29,632 nt of DNA from Bacilli bacterium. GTDB taxonomy: Bacteria; Bacillota_I; Bacilli_A; RFN20; CAG-449. A program made the translations under genes and the position numbers. The stretch lies in NCBI GenBank assembly GCA_051891155.1, contig JBJFEV010000082.1, positions 1 through 29,632 on the forward strand, written 5' to 3'. The notes beneath the pieces are model-generated. The model saw nothing but the letters and a program-made list of their open reading frames with translations, had not been told where the DNA came from and ran no database searches. This document shows positions 27,916 through 29,632 of the stretch, one piece after another. How positions within the stretch are numbered: position 1 is the stretch's first letter; every line of letters starts with the position of its first letter.

Positions 27916-28671
27916 CTAACTAACATATTCTGAATATAAAGATATTCTAATTTTCCAATTTTGATTATATGAATCTTTAACAAGTTGATTATATTTTGAA
28001 ATTGTTAATGGCTTCACATCTTGACTCACATATTTAATAACTTTGCTCAAGCGGATGATATATGAGACTTCATTTTCATCATTATTATTGATGTTTTTAT
28101 CAATATTTAATGCATCTAAGTATGATGAAGGAATAGTAGAGCTTTCATCATAATATGTATAACATCCAAATGACGAGTCATATATATACTCAAAAGTAGA
28201 TACTGTTTCCACATAATGACTTAAAGGATTTAAAGTATTTCCCCCATCGTCTGTATCTATTTCATTGCTAATTTGAAGTTTTAAGCCTAATTTTAATTTG
28301 GTCAATCCTTGACTAACTAAATAATCTAAATTTGTTTGACTAGGCTTAACAAAAGTCATAATAAATTTATCATCGCTTTCGATATACTCTTGATCATTTT
28401 CATCAAATTTCTTTGAATAGAAGGAAATACCATCAAATAAATCAGCACTTGAGTATGCCCCTTCACTTAATACAACATATAAAGGTTGTTGATCAATTCT
28501 AAAATATCCTGCACTAGCTTCATCAGTAATCACTACTTGAATTTGCTTTTCTTCTTCCTTTTTTTCTCCAGTTTCTATAAACATCCATGAACAAAAACCT
28601 GCTCCTACAAGAGCAACAACTGTTCCAAATGCGATTATAGTGGATAATAACTTACTCATTTTCTTGGTCAT
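27916..28671 (-). CDS. Exported protein (251 aa), putative SipW-processed fibre subunit
   Basis: Basic N-region, hydrophobic core, then GFCSWMF at the same residue positions as in the 902-aa protein. Overlaps the sipW 3' end; no C-terminal anchor. Confidence 0.8.
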   Translation of the reverse strand: MTKKMSKLLSTIIAFGTVVALVGAGFCSWMFIETGEKKEEEKQIQVVITDEASAGYFRIDQQPLYVVLSEGAYSSADLFDGISFYSKKFDENDQEYIESDDKFIMTFVKPSQTNLDYLVSQGLTKLKLGLKLQISNEIDTDDGGNTLNPLSHYVETVSTFEYIYDSSFGCYTYYDESSTIPSSYLDALNIDKNINNNDENEVSYIIRLSKVIKYVSQDVKPLTISKYNQLVKDSYNQNWKIRISLYSEYVS

Positions 28672-29632
28672 TGTTATTATCTCCCTCTTCCTCTACTAAA
28701 GAAGATTGGTTATCTTCAACTATATCATTATCGAGTTCTGTAGATTCTTCATTAATTTGCTCTTCGTTTTCAGCTTCTTCATTTTCTTCTAATTTAGAAT
28801 CGCTTTCTTCTTTTGCTTTTTCCTCGATTTGTTCAAGAATGTATTCAATTCTTTTATCATATGTTTTTTCAATTTTTTCTTCCGTAAAATCAAATGCAAG
28901 GAGGAACATCATAGCACTTACTAAAGCAACAATACCAATATTAGATTGTAGATAAATAAATGCTATTCCAAAACCATAGTTTTGATAACCGCTATACCTT
29001 CCAACAATATCATCTAAAGTTATCTTCATTTCAAAAGATAAAGAAGTACTATTGGCATCACCTCTTAAGGTATAACATGTAACACCTGTTTCTTCATCTT
29101 CATAGATCCTTATAACTCTATGAACATAAATTGTTCCTTTGTATTTATAAGCTACAATATCATATAATTCTATTTCATCATTGCTTGTTACTTTATCAAT
29201 TCCTATCAAACTATAAGTCTCAATTTGATCAGTTAAATTATTCTCTTTAATATAAGTATTAGAATCATTTACAGTTTCCATTGATCCAGTATGAATAGCA
29301 ATATATGTAGTATCAAAAATATATAAATTTTGATTATTTAATTTGAAAACTAAAGCAAAACCAAATGCGACAATTAAGACACCAAAGATAATAGAAGTAA
29401 ATAAATCCATAATGATTTCTACTACCTTTTTACCAGCCTTCTTTTCTAGGAAAATACTTTTAATATTTGTTTTATCTAAAGTTTCTCCTTTTTTAAGAGC
29501 TCTTTTCTCTAATGCCTTGATTTTATTATCTACATCAACTTTTAGAGTTTCATCTTCATGACCATATGAAACATGCTTTCTTTTATATATGGAATATAGG
29601 AAAAAGAGCACACCAAAAACAATAGCTAGTCC
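28652..29632 (-). CDS. sipW: Signal peptidase I, SipW/Sec11-type (S26B); 5' end beyond the right edge
   Basis: Catalytic TGSM (Ser at 29284-29282), VHRV (His at 29122-29120) and RGDAN (29062-29051), flanked by TM segments. The frame stays open to 29632 (GLAIVFGV...), so the track's GTG at 29611 is not the real start. Confidence 0.88.
   Translation of the reverse strand, partial: GLAIVFGVLFFLYSIYKRKHVSYGHEDETLKVDVDNKIKALEKRALKKGETLDKTNIKSIFLEKKAGKKVVEIIMDLFTSIIFGVLIVAFGFALVFKLNNQNLYIFDTTYIAIHTGSMETVNDSNTYIKENNLTDQIETYSLIGIDKVTSNDEIELYDIVAYKYKGTIYVHRVIRIYEDEETGVTCYTLRGDANSTSLSFEMKITLDDIVGRYSGYQNYGFGIAFIYLQSNIGIVALVSAMMFLLAFDFTEEKIEKTYDKRIEYILEQIEEKAKEESDSKLEENEEAENEEQINEESTELDNDIVEDNQSSLVEEEGDNNNDQENE

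Noticed and set aside
27814-28599. Type IV prepilin (G|F) or lipoprotein signal in the two exported proteins
   Set aside because: The GF lies after, not before, the hydrophobic stretch and there is no Glu+5. The Cys27 context A-G-F-C violates the lipobox (Phe at -1), and the 902-aa protein has Ser at that position.
206-29561. Short track ORFs (206-394, 619-813, 2677-2919, 3323-3511, 6989-7246, 8615-8830, 9120-9305, 9566-9748, 14918-15145, 16916-17113, 17948-18145, 18272-18472, 18492-18767, 20327-20512, 21703-21912, 22009-22377, 22220-22510, 22940-23182, 24151-24381, 26831-27040, 27310-27543, 27519-27773, 28671-28955, 29343-29561)
   Set aside because: All lie antisense or out of frame within well-supported genes and show no recognisable motif; treated as shadow ORFs.
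1-29632. Mycoplasma-type genetic code 4
   Set aside because: TGA ends mutS2 at its natural Smr C-terminus, and the conserved Trp codons inspected are TGG.
1-29632. CRISPR arrays, IS elements, prophage or integrase genes, tRNA and rRNA genes
   Set aside because: No spaced repeats, terminal inverted repeats, transposase or integrase motifs, or tRNA/rRNA signatures were seen; intergenic space is short and accounted for.

Overview
Low-GC chromosomal window from a Bacillota bacterium of class Bacilli. Gene order and sequence style suggest a reduced-genome Erysipelotrichales/RF39/RFN20-like lineage (inference). It uses standard code 11: TGA terminates mutS2 and the YgjP-family gene, and Trp is TGG. 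Most genes lie on the minus strand. Bases 1-24.9 kb are largely housekeeping: mutS2-uvrC-DUF1653-ung divergent from rnhC; T-box(Ile)-ileS-lspA-rluD; a YgjP/TrmH/hydrolase trio divergent from a DUF523 gene; glgB-glgP divergent from ackA; coaX-panT; pepV-trmB; and tkt followed by a small, possibly SirA-like ORF. Two elements stand out. (1) An unannotated ~173-nt RNA upstream of tkt (24948-25121, minus) has its own sigma-A promoter and the rod-plus-central-bubble architecture of 6S RNA. (2) At 25.2-29.6 kb a translationally coupled operon encodes a SipW-type (Ser/His) signal peptidase and two exported proteins of unknown function (251 aa and 902 aa). Both share an identically placed G25-F26-x-x-W29-x-F31 signal motif, suggesting a divergent TasA-like fibre/adhesin system with a dedicated peptidase. 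The peptidase gene is cut by the right edge and ung by the left edge. No mobile elements, CRISPR arrays, tRNA or rRNA genes were seen. All family assignments come from motif recognition and recall; no database search was run.
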